From Lama glama (taxonomy: Eukaryota), in contig CM052817.1 of NCBI GenBank assembly GCA_028534125.1, positions 71,178,001 through 71,242,000 of the forward strand: a stretch of DNA of 64,000 bases, written 5' to 3'. The notes beneath the pieces were generated by a model. The model ran no database searches. It saw nothing but the letters and a program-made list of their open reading frames with translations, and had not been told where the DNA came from. Positions 38,783-50,940 of this stretch are shown here, piece by piece (the first letter of the stretch is position 1; each line of letters begins with the position of its first letter). Made by a program: the position numbers and the translations under genes.

Positions 38783-39639
38783 TAACTTGCTCTACCTCTA
38801 AAAAGGTCAGTACAAAATTCCAAAGCATATCATCTTATTTCTTTTCCGTAGCTAGGTAACCGTGAAGGCTCAAGATGAACTAGGTAGAAATTTTTCAGGC
38901 ACAAACTAGAGGTGTCTGTTGGTAGAAGTGAATGGAGAGACTCATGGTGCTGCAGCTTTCTGCATTTAGAGCAGGCAAAATGCCCGGGTCAGAGAAGAAA
39001 AGCACTTTCAACTTCACATAAGGTTGGAAGCTGTCATCGACACTGACCAAAAGAGTCCTGAGCTGACACTGAAAAGGATCCTTTCATTTTGTGCATAATA
39101 AGGCACCTCTTAACAGGGGTCATGCAAACAAAGATATTTCATTGATTTCAGTATTAGGCAAGGTTAGTTTTAGGCATCTGGGATGCAGAAGTCAAAAGTT
39201 AAACAAAAACAAAAAGGTTCCTTTTCTTTTCTTCCTTAGACTTCTGTTTGAATTTATATGGGACGATTCCACCTTCACTCTGCTGTCCTAGAACATTTCA
39301 GTCACGGACAGGATCATAATTACTTTGACCTGGGGATCCAAACGTGAATTCCCACATGTTTTTCTGTCTGGAGGAGCATACAGCCCAGAGGGGCAATGTT
39401 ACTTTGCTGCAGCAATCCTGTGTCTTATCCCTCGATTTCCCAAGTTCTTTTTGGGAGAGACATACATATGTCTGTTATGCCACATGCCTAGGTTATTTTC
39501 TGGGGCGGAGAGAGGCTCTACTCAGAGCTTTCACAAAAGCACCCACAGGAACCAAAGAGAAGACTTCATATTAACAAAGGAAGACAGGGAAAGTCCAGTG
39601 TAGCTGAGAGGTACCGACTATTAGAAGAGCAGCACAAAG

Positions 39640-40510
39640 CTCCAAAAGCCCAGACCATAAGAAAAACAATCAATGACTTTGATTAAATAAAGACGAAAGA
39701 TTTATATTCAACAAAGCTCACTATGGCTAAAGTTAATAGATGGGTGACAGAATGGAAGAAGGTATTTGTATGTTTAAAACTGAAAATGGATTGATATCTA
39801 GAATGCAACAAGAAGACTGCAGCCTCCATATGAAATGAGGCAAAAGCTGTGAACTGGCAAAAAACAGAAGAAAGGAAAGGAAGAGGAAACTCAGAAAGCT
39901 AGTATGCATATGAAGAGAAACTCAAAATCACTGTTTATACCAACAATTCAAATAAATAAACAGTACCATATCACTTGATAGTAAGAGACTAGCAAAATTA
40001 GAAAGCTGGCGAGTACTAAATGTTGGTAGGATTGAGGAGAGCCCTCAGGTAGTGCTGGTGGAGGTGAGGATGGTACAGCTCAGCAGAAGGACAGGCAGGC
40101 ACTAGCTTGCTAAATTAAGGAGATGCATGCCCCAAGACCCAACAATTCCTTGCCCACATGGATATCTCAAAGAAATCCTTCCACACAGCCTTAAGAAGAG
40201 AATATTCATTACAGCGTGACTGTGGGGTGAGGGTCCATTACTGAGAAGGTAGAGAGTAAACTGTGAAAGATGAACACCACAGTGTGTTTTATTATGCTGC
40301 AGTGAGAAGCAACAGATTAGATGGACACAGAGCAACATGGGCAGATCTTCAAAACATAATACTTTTTTAAAAGTTCAAAAGGAAATATAAGATCTCCAAT
40401 ACAATACTAAGTGAACTAAAAGTGTACTCTCACGAGACAATACACACTGAATAAGAATGCATAGAAACAAAAAGACATACACATCAACTCACATTAAAAT
40501 GGTTGCCTGT
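39640..40510 (+). mobile_element. Old degraded L1 fragment
   Basis: gggtgacagaatggaagaaggtatttg, gcatatgaagagaaactcaaaatcact, gacccaacaattcct resemble the L1 ORF2 3' region. Confidence 0.6.
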
Positions 40511-41278
40511 GGGGAATGGGAGTAAGGTATAGGGCTAAAGGAACATGAATAAAGCAAGAGAGGGCCCTTGCCTGGACCAGAGATAATCAGAAGTATCATT
40601 ACCTCAACTCTTTGCACCTGATGTCCCAAGCCAGGAAGGAAGTAAAGGCAAGAGGTAGGGAAGGGGAAAAGGAATAAAGAAGAGGAAACAAACTAGAGAA
40701 AACAAAGAAACAAAAATCCCCAGCAGCCTTGGAAAGCAAAATGAAAGGCAGGAATACAAATAAACAGTTGAAATTAGCCACTTGGAACGTGGGTGAGCTT
40801 GAACATAGAAAAATCTCCCTCAGAATCCTAAGACATTCTGAGGGAGACCATGAACTTCTGGTGGTCATTTTATATGAATAACGAAGAAAAGGATGACCCC
40901 AAAGAGCTGGAAGGTTTGGGGACATCTGGCTTACAAAAGTAAATAAGAAGGCAGCTATCATGAAAAGATGTCATCTTTCCTCTGGTGGCAGTTTCTTCAG
41001 GAATCGCCTTGGTTTTGAGGACAAAGTAAAGGGAGAGAAGGGTGTATGGCAGAGGTGCAGGGAATGTACCTTTCGTGGCTTTTTGGTTAGCCAGCTGTGG
41101 GTCGCGAGAGTGAGAATGAAAGTTTACCACACCAGGCAGAGAGGCCTCTGTGCCTAAATGAATGTGAAAACTGGCCACATCATCCTCAGTTACTAGTTAC
41201 CTCCGACTATAAGGTGACAGCAGTACCTGTGTTTTGTTTCAACTCTGCAATATCCCAAGAACTTAACAAAATGTTTAC

Positions 41279-41299
41279 CTTGATCTGCATGTAGAAGGC
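41279..41299 (-). pseudogene. CFI: Decayed 21-nt CFI microexon (apparent orthologue of human exon 7) with acceptor CAC instead of CAG
   Basis: gttttgttttttcac|GCCTTCTACATGCAGATCAAG|gtaaac; would encode GLLHADQ in phase 1-1; pyrimidine tract and donor intact, AG missing. Confidence 0.62.
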
Positions 41300-41468
41300 G
41301 TGAAAAAACAAAACCCAAAACAAAATATTTACCACAGCAAAGGATAATTTTTATTTGAGAAAAATACCTATCATAGCAACATATTATACGTTTATCATAA
41401 AAGCTATAATGCCTTATTCTTGTTTTCAATTCTATAATATAAATTTTATGTTATAAAAATAGATTTAC

Positions 41469-41492
41469 CTTTAATTTCAGGATGTTCAGTTC
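41469..41492 (-). CDS. CFI: CFI 24-nt linker microexon (GTEHPEIK)
   Basis: Strong acceptor ttttcgttttctttttag|GA, donor AAAG|GTAAAT; phase 1-1; keeps frame between exons 6 and 8. Confidence 0.8.
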
Positions 41493-42314
41493 CTAAAAAG
41501 AAAACGAAAAACTCACTGTAGCAAAGAGATCATTTTCACTCAAATAAAAGCTAAATCAATCAATAATATTTTGGATAGTATAATGACTTAAATTAGTACT
41601 TACAAAAAGATAAAAGGGAGCCATAGTACGCCATCTTACTTTGATTTTTAATACTTATTAACAAATGTTTCATCTTATATTTAAACACACACCAATTTCA
41701 CCACAGCAAGGAACTCATTTTAACTTGGGTTTTAAAAAGAGATTCACATTTTAGATATATTTGAACACATACCCAACGGCAAATTTACTATTACTATGCC
41801 ATAACACAAAATTTATTTACTCTTTTAACTTATAATAATAAAAAGTGAGCTAATAAGGGATAAATGAAATTAAGATATACTCCAAACTTCCCTTGGTTTA
41901 GTGATCCTGATCTGTCCACCGAAAAGGAGAGATCAATGAATATATTAATATATTTATTTTACATCTCTACTCTCACTTGCTGTTTCTTAGAGAGGGGAAT
42001 ATTAGAATCGTTACTAAAATACAAGGCAGAGCTCAATCTAAAGATAGATAAAGTGAAGTAACAATGACAGTTGACTAAACGCATTTTTGATATGCATTCG
42101 AGAAATTAATAATAAAAGTAATCTTTATGTTACAGTTACTCCCTTGCAGTAGGATTTTTTTTCTGATAAACTAACAACTTCTTTGATCTTAAACTTCAGA
42201 GTTTTAAATCACGAGGAGGAGAAGGAGGGAGAGAGGAGGGAAGAGGAGGAGAAAGAAGAGAAGAAACCCCAAGTATTATTATACTGAAGAAGTGACATCA
42301 AACTGTAGAGCTTC

Positions 42315-42727
42315 CGAGAAAGACAAATACTGTATGATCTCACTTATATATGGAATCTAAAAAACCCAAACTCATAGGAAAAAAAGGTCAGATTTGTGGT
42401 TACCAGAGACAGGGACCAGGGAGTGGGGAATTGGGTGATGGCAGTCAAAAGGCACAAACTTGCAGTTGTAAGATAAACAAGTACCGAGGATGGAATGCAC
42501 AGCATGGGGACTATGGTTAACGCTGCTCTGAGGTATATCTGAAAGTTGCTTAGAGAGTAAATCCTAAAGGTTCTCATCACAGAGAAAAAATATTTTGTAA
42601 CTATATGAGGTGATAAATATTAACTAAACTTATTGTGGTAATAACCTTGAGGTATATGTTGTGTCAAGTCCATGTTTACATCTTAAACCTGTACAGTGTT
42701 GTATGTCAATTACATCTCAATGAAAGT
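42315..42727 (+). mobile_element. L1MA-type 3' UTR
   Basis: agaaagacaaatactgtatgatctcacttatatatggaatctaaaaa...gaaagttgcttagagagtaaatcctaaaggttctcatcac. Confidence 0.88.
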
Positions 42728-43214
42728 GGGAGTGAAGGAAGCTGTCAAGTTTCATAGGCAAAAGTCATGGTTTACTGTCCTCCTCCCTGAAATATTTATC
42801 AAAATTTCTTTCTCTCCTCTCTTCACTACATTTAACAAACATAAAAGGATTTTGCTCAACTGCTTCACACTCTTCAAAAGAAATGATGTAATTTGAAATC
42901 CTAAAAAGTGTGTTTTTTAACAAGAGATATCAATGGAAAATTAAACAAAATTTCTTTTAAGTCAAATACTTGGTATACTAAGCAATTATACGTGTATAAT
43001 TAATATCAATGAACTTATCTATACATATCTTCAACACTTATTTAACTCCTGTGTGGAAGGCACTTTACCAAGGACATTTGGAATGTAAAAATAGATTCTG
43101 TTTTCAAGATGTTTACTTTTGAGAAAGGAAGGTGAGACAAGCACAAAAATTCACCGTAAACTGTTATCAGTCATTCAGTAGTGTCCTGACACGGGACTTT
43201 AGCACTGCACAAGA

Positions 43215-43372
43215 GGCTGTGGTATCACTACCAGCCTGTGCTCTGTGTCAATGCTTAAAATCACCCATGGTGGGAGTAATTCACACCACAGAAATTATCC
43301 AAAGCTACATACAAATCAGGGATTCCTTGTCCCTCTTCAAAGCCAATTGTTAAACACTTATCAGCCCAGCAC
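43215..43372 (+). mobile_element. MER63-like hAT element
   Basis: catggtgggagtaattcacaccacagaaatt...acaaatcaggg...agccaattgttaaacacttatcagc. Confidence 0.65.
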
Positions 43373-43419
43373 AGGATAGGGTGCACCAGTGAGGTGGGTA
43401 TGAATACACCCACTCCTCT

Positions 43420-44342
43420 GGCAGCCTTCCCCATCTCTGAAGAAAGCAGCAACATCCTTTCAATTCTCAGGCCAAAACCCCCAGAGTCATCTTTGACTGC
43501 TCGTTTGTTCTCATACGCGCATCCAGTCTATCAGCAAATTTTTTTGGCTCTAGTTTCCAAATACAGCCAGGATCTGACTGCTTCTTGTCATTTCCATTCC
43601 TCCCAGCTTATCCTAGTCACTATCATCTCTTCCCTGGATATCTTATTGCAGTAGCTTCCTGGCTGGTCGCCTGCTTCTCCCCTCGCCCACATACAGCTTG
43701 TTCCCTCCCCAGCAGCCAGAGTTATCTTGATTTAAAACGAAAGTCAGATCCGTCAATCCTCTGCTCAAAGTCCTCATTTCATTCACTAACAGGTCTCGCT
43801 TGATCTGCCCTCATCTCCCCCACCCAACCTCCTCTCCAGCCTCTCCTACTGCTTGTCCTTTATCTTTCACTACCCCCACCTCTAACCCCAGCCACACTAG
43901 CCTCCTGGCTGCTTATTCAGCAAACACACTGGGACGCTCCTGCCTGAGGAACAGTGCCCTGGTTGTTGCCTCTGCCTAGAACACTCTTGCGCAGACATTC
44001 ACGTGGCAGGTTCCACCATTCCCTTCAGCTCTTTACCCAAAAGTAACCTCAGCCAGTGAGCCTTCCCAGGCCACCTCATCTCAAATTTCAGAACTTACCC
44101 TCCTCCAGAGGGGTAATTTGTACCTTCCTTTCTTGTTTTGTTTTTTCTTAGTACTTATTATTTTACTGGATATTTTACTTATTTCTCTTATTTATTCTCT
44201 CTCTTCCCCTACTAGAATGTAAGATCTATGAAGGGGCAGGGTTTGAAATGTTATTCACTATTGTAACCCCAGCACCTAGAGCAGGACCTGGCACAAATAG
44301 TAATAACTTAATAAATACTTATTGAGTAGATGAATGAATGTA
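43420..44342 (+). mobile_element. L2 3' fragment
   Basis: ctcaggccaaaaccccagagtcatctttgac...ctagaatgtaagatctatg...aaatacttattgagtagatgaatgaatg. Confidence 0.82.
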
Positions 44343-44710
44343 ATAAATTAGGGAGATTTTTTTCCTTCAGAAAGCATTGATAAGAAGTCAGTCTGTGTGG
44401 AACACAGTAGGTACTTAGTAAATATTTTTCACCTTTGGAGGTTTTCCAATGAGCACCAAAAAGCAAAAAGCACCAACTCACTTACGAAATAATTAAATAT
44501 CATTCTGCCTTTCTATGATGAACTGCATTTCATGGAAACAAAATACTCCTTCTCTATAGAATTCAGTTAATAAATGCAGAAGAAATGTTGAATTAAAAAT
44601 TGCCATTTTACAGTCTCTATTGACAAACTGGATCCAGGCAACAATTACAAAGCCTCCTAAAACCCCTGGATCAAATAATGGAAAAAAGTAACCACAAAAC
44701 TTTAAATTAC

Positions 44711-44821
44711 CTTCACAACCAATTTCATCTTCTCCTGTAATGCAGTCCACCTCACCATTGCACTTATACTGCTTTGGAATACAAACACCTGATTTACAGA
44801 AAAAACCTTCATCTCGGCACC
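44711..44821 (-). CDS. CFI: CFI exon 6 (LDLRA2)
   Basis: Acceptor ttttcatag|GG, donor G|GTAATT; 111 nt; [37 protein letters not shown]. Confidence 0.96.
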
Positions 44822-44875
44822 CTATGAAAACATAATCAGAAGAGAGGTTTTTTTTTTTTTTTCCAGTACTTAAAA

Positions 44876-45011
44876 AAAATTCATTAATTTACTTTGGGGT
44901 GGAAGTAATTAAGTTTTTATTACTATTTTTTTTAATGGAGGTCCTGGGGATTGAACTCAGGGCCTTGTGCATGCTAGGAACACACACTACCATTAAACTT
45001 TATCCTCCCTC
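44876..45011 (-). mobile_element. tRNA-derived SINE (Vic-1-like)
   Basis: tttaatggaggtcctggggattgaactcagggccttgtgcatgctagg. Confidence 0.82.
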
Positions 45012-45037
45012 TTTTTTCATCCTTAAAATTGAACGAG

Positions 45038-45193
45038 GGGGGAGGGTATAGTTCAGTGGTAGAGTGTGTGCCTAAGATGCATGAGGTCATGGGTTCAATC
45101 CCCAGTACCTCCACCAAAAGTAGTAAATAAATAGATAAACCTAATTATCCCCGCCCCCCCCCAATTTTTAAATAAAATTTTAAAAAGTTAAAA
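45038..45193 (+). mobile_element. tRNA-derived SINE (Vic-1-like) with Pol III A/B boxes and TSD
   Basis: A box tagttcagtggtag, B box gggttcaatccc; TSD aaaattgaa(c/t)gag at 45025-45037 / 45194-45206. Confidence 0.88.
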
Positions 45194-45294
45194 AAAATTG
45201 AATGAGATGGAATCTTATTTCAATGGTAAAGTTGTTTCTACTTTCTTAGTCAGAAGAATGCATTTGTGGGTTTAAAGGCTGGATTCATCTCTAC

Positions 45295-45405
45295 CTTTAC
45301 AGCACAGCTCATCACTCTGGTCTCCACAGTCATTGACACCATTACAGGCCTTCTTTTGAAGAATGTATTTCCCATTCACACATTGAAAGGAGTCTGTTGG
45401 AGAAA
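45295..45405 (-). CDS. CFI: CFI exon 5 (LDLRA1)
   Basis: Acceptor tttacag|TT, donor G|GTAGAG; 111 nt; [37 protein letters not shown]. Confidence 0.95.
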
Positions 45406-46249
45406 CTGTAAAGGAGAAATTATCTTGGTGAAATTTATTTGTGGAATTGCGGGTGACATCTTTATCATGTTTGGAATAAAGGGGGCATTAAAAAAAAGTC
45501 AGGCAGAAATGAAAGATGATATAAAATGCATTGGTGGTAACATTAACATAGCATATATGGTTAATAAGGAAAAGAAATGCCAAAGCTGACTTATGCAGGC
45601 CTTTTTATAATCTCTGAAGACCAGCACTTATTGTGGAGGACTGGCTGAGATTGGGGGAGGGGATTCAGGAATCAGAAGCCCTTGGTGTTCACCCATTCCT
45701 TTCATGCTACTGCACTAGTACCACCCCCCACCCATGACTTACTTGGGCAGTGCCATTTACATATTAATAGTACTTATTTTTAGCACCAAAATAGGCTTTG
45801 GCCTTTAACACTATGTGTATGGCTAAAATACTCCAATGTCAGGATGGAGGAGAAAAGTGACAGTGACCACCTGGCAACTGAGGCACAGATGTGGTCACTT
45901 CAACTTGTTAAAGGAAGGTGTGTTGACTGGACCTCTCAAAGGAGATGCAGAGTTTCTTCTAATGTTTAATTTGTGTTTGCTGTATCAACTTTGATTCAGA
46001 TGTTCAAGGAAGCAATGGGGAGTCAAGCAACTTTACTACCCAAATAGGAACCTGCATAGAAGTAATATTTGAATGGCAAAAGGGTACAGTGGGGGAAAGC
46101 ACCAATTTTGGCTCTAAAACCCAAAATAGGATTTTGCCTTCATGTGCAACTGGCAACAGGATATCTGTCATTTGTTTGTTTACTATAGATTTGGGGTGAA
46201 ATAAACAACCTTGAAGGAAGGGAAAATATCAGGCAAGTACTCCACTAAC

Positions 46250-46416
46250 CAGCATCCTCTGTGTAACACACCACACCAGCCAAACCCTCGGAACTGCTGG
46301 TTTTTCTCTTAGTAAAAGTACATTCAGCCAAACTGGTCTCTAATCCCCGACAGCGCACGTGTAGACATTCAGTGGAATTTATAGCAAGATCTCTTCTTTG
46401 AGTATAAAGAGCACCT
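46250..46416 (-). CDS. CFI: CFI exon 4 (SRCR domain, second half)
   Basis: Acceptor ttgcag|A, donor G|GTTAGT; 167 nt; [55 protein letters not shown]. Confidence 0.95.
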
Positions 46417-47229
46417 CTGCAATCAAATATATGAAACATTAGGGTAGAAAAATTAGTACTTTGCATTTATAACCTTACTGTGGGAAGTAAGGGACTAGAG
46501 TAATTTCCTCTCATTTTCTATATTTGAGTGATAGATTGGGCAAGATGATTAAATTATCTGAGCTTCAATATCTTCAATATCTACAAAGGGAATGTAACAA
46601 TCTCACCGAGTTGTAACGACTAACTAAAACAATCCATTTAAATGGACTGGCCAAAGTTCAAGGCACGGCAAGCACCCACAAATACTGGTTTCCTCTCCTC
46701 TGTTTCCTGTTAAGGAGGAATGCTTCTTCCAGACTCCTGATTCCTTTCCAACCAGAGATGTGTCATTCTTGGCCTCAACTTCTCTTCTCTAGGAAAGGGG
46801 GTGGATTAATTTGATCAGGGAATTTTGGAAATATAAATCAGCCAAGGTCAGCCCAGCACTTCCATTTTTTCCTTTTGGGGTCTTTTCCACCTGCCCCATG
46901 CAATAAGTCTTACCTGGTTGGCCCCATCATTACCTGGGATCTGGGAGATTAAGTTGGTTTAATTTTAGCACGTTCATTCTGCTTTTACACTAAACTACAT
47001 CCTCAATTCAGTCTTCACAGTACAAAGGTACTATTTTGACATCGATATGTCATTGCTTGGACTTCTTAGTTTGTTCAGAATTTGTGTAGGTAAGAGGCTA
47101 GCTACCTCAATGACCCAATATCCTAGAGACAATGAGTTACACTGAGCTATTCTTCCAGAACATTCAATTCTTTCTTGTTTTTCTCTAGAAGTTAATGAGG
47201 AAAATGGCTTAAAAATAAAAAGTTGAGCA

Positions 47230-49005
47230 GAGATGCATCATGCAAAAGTAAGCAAAAATAAAGCAGTAATGGCAATATAAATATCAGATAAATTACAATG
47301 AAAGGAAACAAGAGAGCAATTAAAGGGAACAAAGAGTTTCAGATCCATAATGTGGATACAGTAGTCATGAAACTGCCAGACCGCATCAAAATATGAGAAC
47401 AAATGAGAGCTATTTGGGGAAATCTGACAGGCGAATAATCTGAAAGACTTCTTAACCTACAACTATCTAAAAGTACTAGATAAATGCCCTCAAAGAGCTC
47501 TTATGGAATTAAGGGAAATACCCACTGGCTAAAATCAGAGAATTCTGTCCATGAGTTTATAGAAAATATGATCAGAGCAAAATCAGAGTGAGAGAGTTTG
47601 CCATTAGGTTGAATCATAGGTTGTAAGTCAGAAATGGTGGAAAATCAGAAATATCCTATGGCTCAACTTAATGATAAAAGACTCACTGATGAACTACTAG
47701 CAGATGTGGTTTAGGAAGAAGAAAACTGAATCCAGAATGAAGCAGTGAGACGTAAGAAGAAACAACAAACCAAGAAGTTGGTAAACATGAGGTACATCTG
47801 GGTAAGCACTGACCGAACAGCAGTAATGGTAATGGCTTATTACATAATGATATCACTTAACTTCAGGGATAATATAAGGTGGAACAAAATACTGAAAACT
47901 TGATAGTGTAATGACTTTCTTTGTATTATTCCTGAAGAGGGCAAGGACTGCCTAAGTCAAGAATTCATGGTATAAATGTAAAGATAGCCATTAAAAGAAT
48001 AGAAATAGAATGTATATGATTTTCAAACAAGTGGAAGAAGAAAAGGGAGATAATTTAAAAAAACAACAGCAGCTTTATTAACCTAATAGAAGTTGGACAA
48101 GGAAGAAACAGGAGCACAGAAAAAGCAGGGTAAATCATAAGCCCAAAATAAGATAGAAAAAATAAACTCAACAGTGTAAATAATCATAATAATGTAAACG
48201 GACTAAACTCTTCAGAGAGTTATTGTCATACTGGATTTTAAAAAAAATAGATATATGCTGTTAATAAAGGACACACTTACAAGATAGACACAGAAAGCTT
48301 GTAAGTAAATAAATGGGAAAATATTTGAACAAAGAAGTTAACAAGCTTGCTTATTCTAATGGATAACATATTTATTATACAGAACCCTGCACATGAAACA
48401 TTTAAAACATATTCAGCACAAAGCAAATCTTAACAAACATTTAAACAGTTATCATCATTTGGACACATTCTCTCACCACAATGCAATTAAATAGGAAATT
48501 ATAACAAGGAGCTAACCAAATGCAAACAAACAAGTTCATTAGGAAAGTAAAAAAAAAACAAAAAAAAAACAAAAAAACTTCTACGTTATCCATCGATCAA
48601 AGAAGAAATTACACTGAAAATTAGAAAATATTTTGAACTGAGAAACAAATAAAATACCCACTTATGGAGGGTTATGGCATGCAGATGAAGCATTACCTAG
48701 AGGAAAATCTGTACCTTAAATGCTTATATTTGAAAATAAGGAAAATGGAAAATTGATAAGTTAGGCATTTAACTCAAGGAATTAGAAAAAAAATAGAGAA
48801 GAGAGAAAGAGCCAAAGATAAGAGCAAAAGTTGAAAATAAAGAAACAAGAGACAATTTATAAATATAAAAATCAAAAACACTAATCAAATAGACAAATCT
48901 CTGCAAGATCAATTAAGAAAAAAGAGAGAAGGCATATATAAACAATATTAGGTATGAAGAAGTGGACCTAATCATAGATGAGTAGAAATAGAGAGTAATG
49001 AACAT
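47230..49005 (+). mobile_element. Old degraded L1 (ORF2 5' region fragments)
   Basis: A-rich; aatgtaaacggactaaactct, cattctctcaccacaatgcaattaaa, aattagaaaatattttgaactga. Confidence 0.72.
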
Positions 49006-49262
49006 ATTTGCAACTGTCCGGATCAGCAAAGCACTGGCATCCAGATATCTGAGCAAACCTCCAGGTGCTCTGTGCTCAGCAGAGCTCTAAGTGCTAGTCA
49101 TGAAGACATTTCACCCTCATGACAACGACACACGGCAGGTTGTTAACGTTCTCACTTTACAGCTGAGGAAGTTGAAGCACCGAAAGATGGGGTCATCAAA
49201 AAAAACAAATAGTTGTAACAATAAAATCAACCCTGGGAAAAGTCAGTGACACAAGCACTCAC

Positions 49263-49416
49263 TGTTGAAATCCGAGGTAGAAGCAGGCCACGTTGGCCTC
49301 CGTAATGCTCCAGCTTGTTCCACATACAAACATCTTCTCATCTCGGTCTGCAAGTTTTACTTCAATGGCTCCCTCTGAATCTGTTTTTCCATACTTCAAG
49401 GAAACACTAAATTGTC
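49263..49416 (-). CDS. CFI: CFI exon 3 (SRCR domain, first half)
   Basis: Acceptor attttag|GA, donor CA|GTGAG; 154 nt; [51 protein letters not shown]. Confidence 0.96.
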
Positions 49417-50940
49417 CTAAAATAAAAAAACAAAGAATGAGCAATGTTCAGGCATTTTCTCCTCTTGATTAAAAGCCTTTAAAGTAATAGAATACATAAT
49501 TTCAAATTAACTTTGAACACCATGAAGATTTTGAAAAATAATGGTAAGCAATCATTTTATGAGGGCTTATTATGTCTCAATAGCTGTGCTACTCAGCTAT
49601 GTAAGACAACATAAACCCTCAGGTCAACCCTCTGAAGATTAGGCTAGTATTTATCCTCATTTTTACACACGAGGAATCTAAATTTGTCCATTTGTTACAC
49701 ATGAGAAGTTACTCACTCAAGAGGTGAAGCCAGGAATCTGAACCTATTATATTTGGAACTTACCCAAAGTCTGGATAAGTCAGCAAAACAAATAATGAAA
49801 ATGTAAGAAAGGCTTATGTATTCTCATAGATTTAAGGCGTTTAATGCCTCAAGAGAACAAAAGTCTGACACTGACAAAATAATCTCCACTATTGCTTTCC
49901 TCCTCTCCAACAGGTAAGAGAGATGGGCTCAGAGGTCTTTCTTCCTGCTGTTCATAGTACCTGAACATCTTAATTCAGCAACATAAAAATATTTAGGCTA
50001 CTGTGTGCTGGTGTATGTCATGGTACACTTACAAAGAATGTTTTAAACATTCTTCTGTAAATTCACAAAGTGTCTGTGACCACTGGTAGTGGAAGATGAT
50101 GAGCTTGAGGTGTGCTGTCATAGCTAAAATTTCATGAGCACTTTCTGTATCCTGTTTACAACACTTTATATACATCATTTTAGTTAATTTTCACAAGAGT
50201 CTTATGAGCTAGGAACTATTATTACTCACGTTTTACAGATGTGGAAACTGTGTTCCAGACAGGTCACATAGCTAGTCAATAATCCAGGTGGGGCTTGGAG
50301 GGGCTTGTAAGCAAATCTGACTGACAGTGAGACCCTTAATCTTAGCCACTCCACTAATCCACATATGAGGGTCCCAGCCTCCTCTCTACGTTAGGTACCT
50401 GGATGGAGTGTTGAGAAGCTCTGATCTGATGTGCTGAGTTTGCTAGGTTAGGGTATGTCCTAGGTCAGCAGTGGCCTGAGCTAAACCTTGGATCAGGGCC
50501 AGTGGGGCTGGGGCTCGGGAGAGGGGTAGCAGCTGGTGGGATGGATGCTGGAAGAAATCATGGGGACCAGGGGTCAAAGGGATTCCACATCAGTACCAAT
50601 CTCATACAAAGCCTTTTTCGCTGGATTCTGAACCAGCTCAATAGCTTGTGAATAATCCCTTCAGCCAAGCAGAAGTGAGAATGGGTATAATTCTGCAGGA
50701 CCGGGCAGCAGAGAGTGACAATGGCATTGAGGGAAAGACCAGCCTCAGGGCCTCATGCTCTGGAATCAAGGGCTGGCTAAATTCTGGTGATCCCAAATTC
50801 CTCTAGTTATCACCCAATTACTCCTGAGGGTCTAGGGAAGAATTTTGAGTTATCATAACATTTCACAGGAAAAATATCTTCTAATAGGAAGTATCACACA
50901 CAATTACTTTCTGTCATAGAGTAAACTAGGCTTTTCCTAC

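Noticed and set aside
41227..41244. 18-nt in-frame candidate exon ttgcag|AGTTGAAACAAAACACAG|gtactg
   Set aside because: Weak pyrimidine tract and donor, and only 34 nt from the upstream donor; likely chance.
42140..42162. tttatcag|AAAAAAAATCCTACTGCAAGGGA|gtaact as another CFI microexon
   Set aside because: 23 nt would shift the frame and the splice context is weak. Worth revisiting only if the A8 run is really A9.
45038..45115. tRNA gene
   Set aside because: Has A/B boxes but also an AT-rich tail, a TSD and diverged copies elsewhere in the window, so it is a tRNA-derived SINE.
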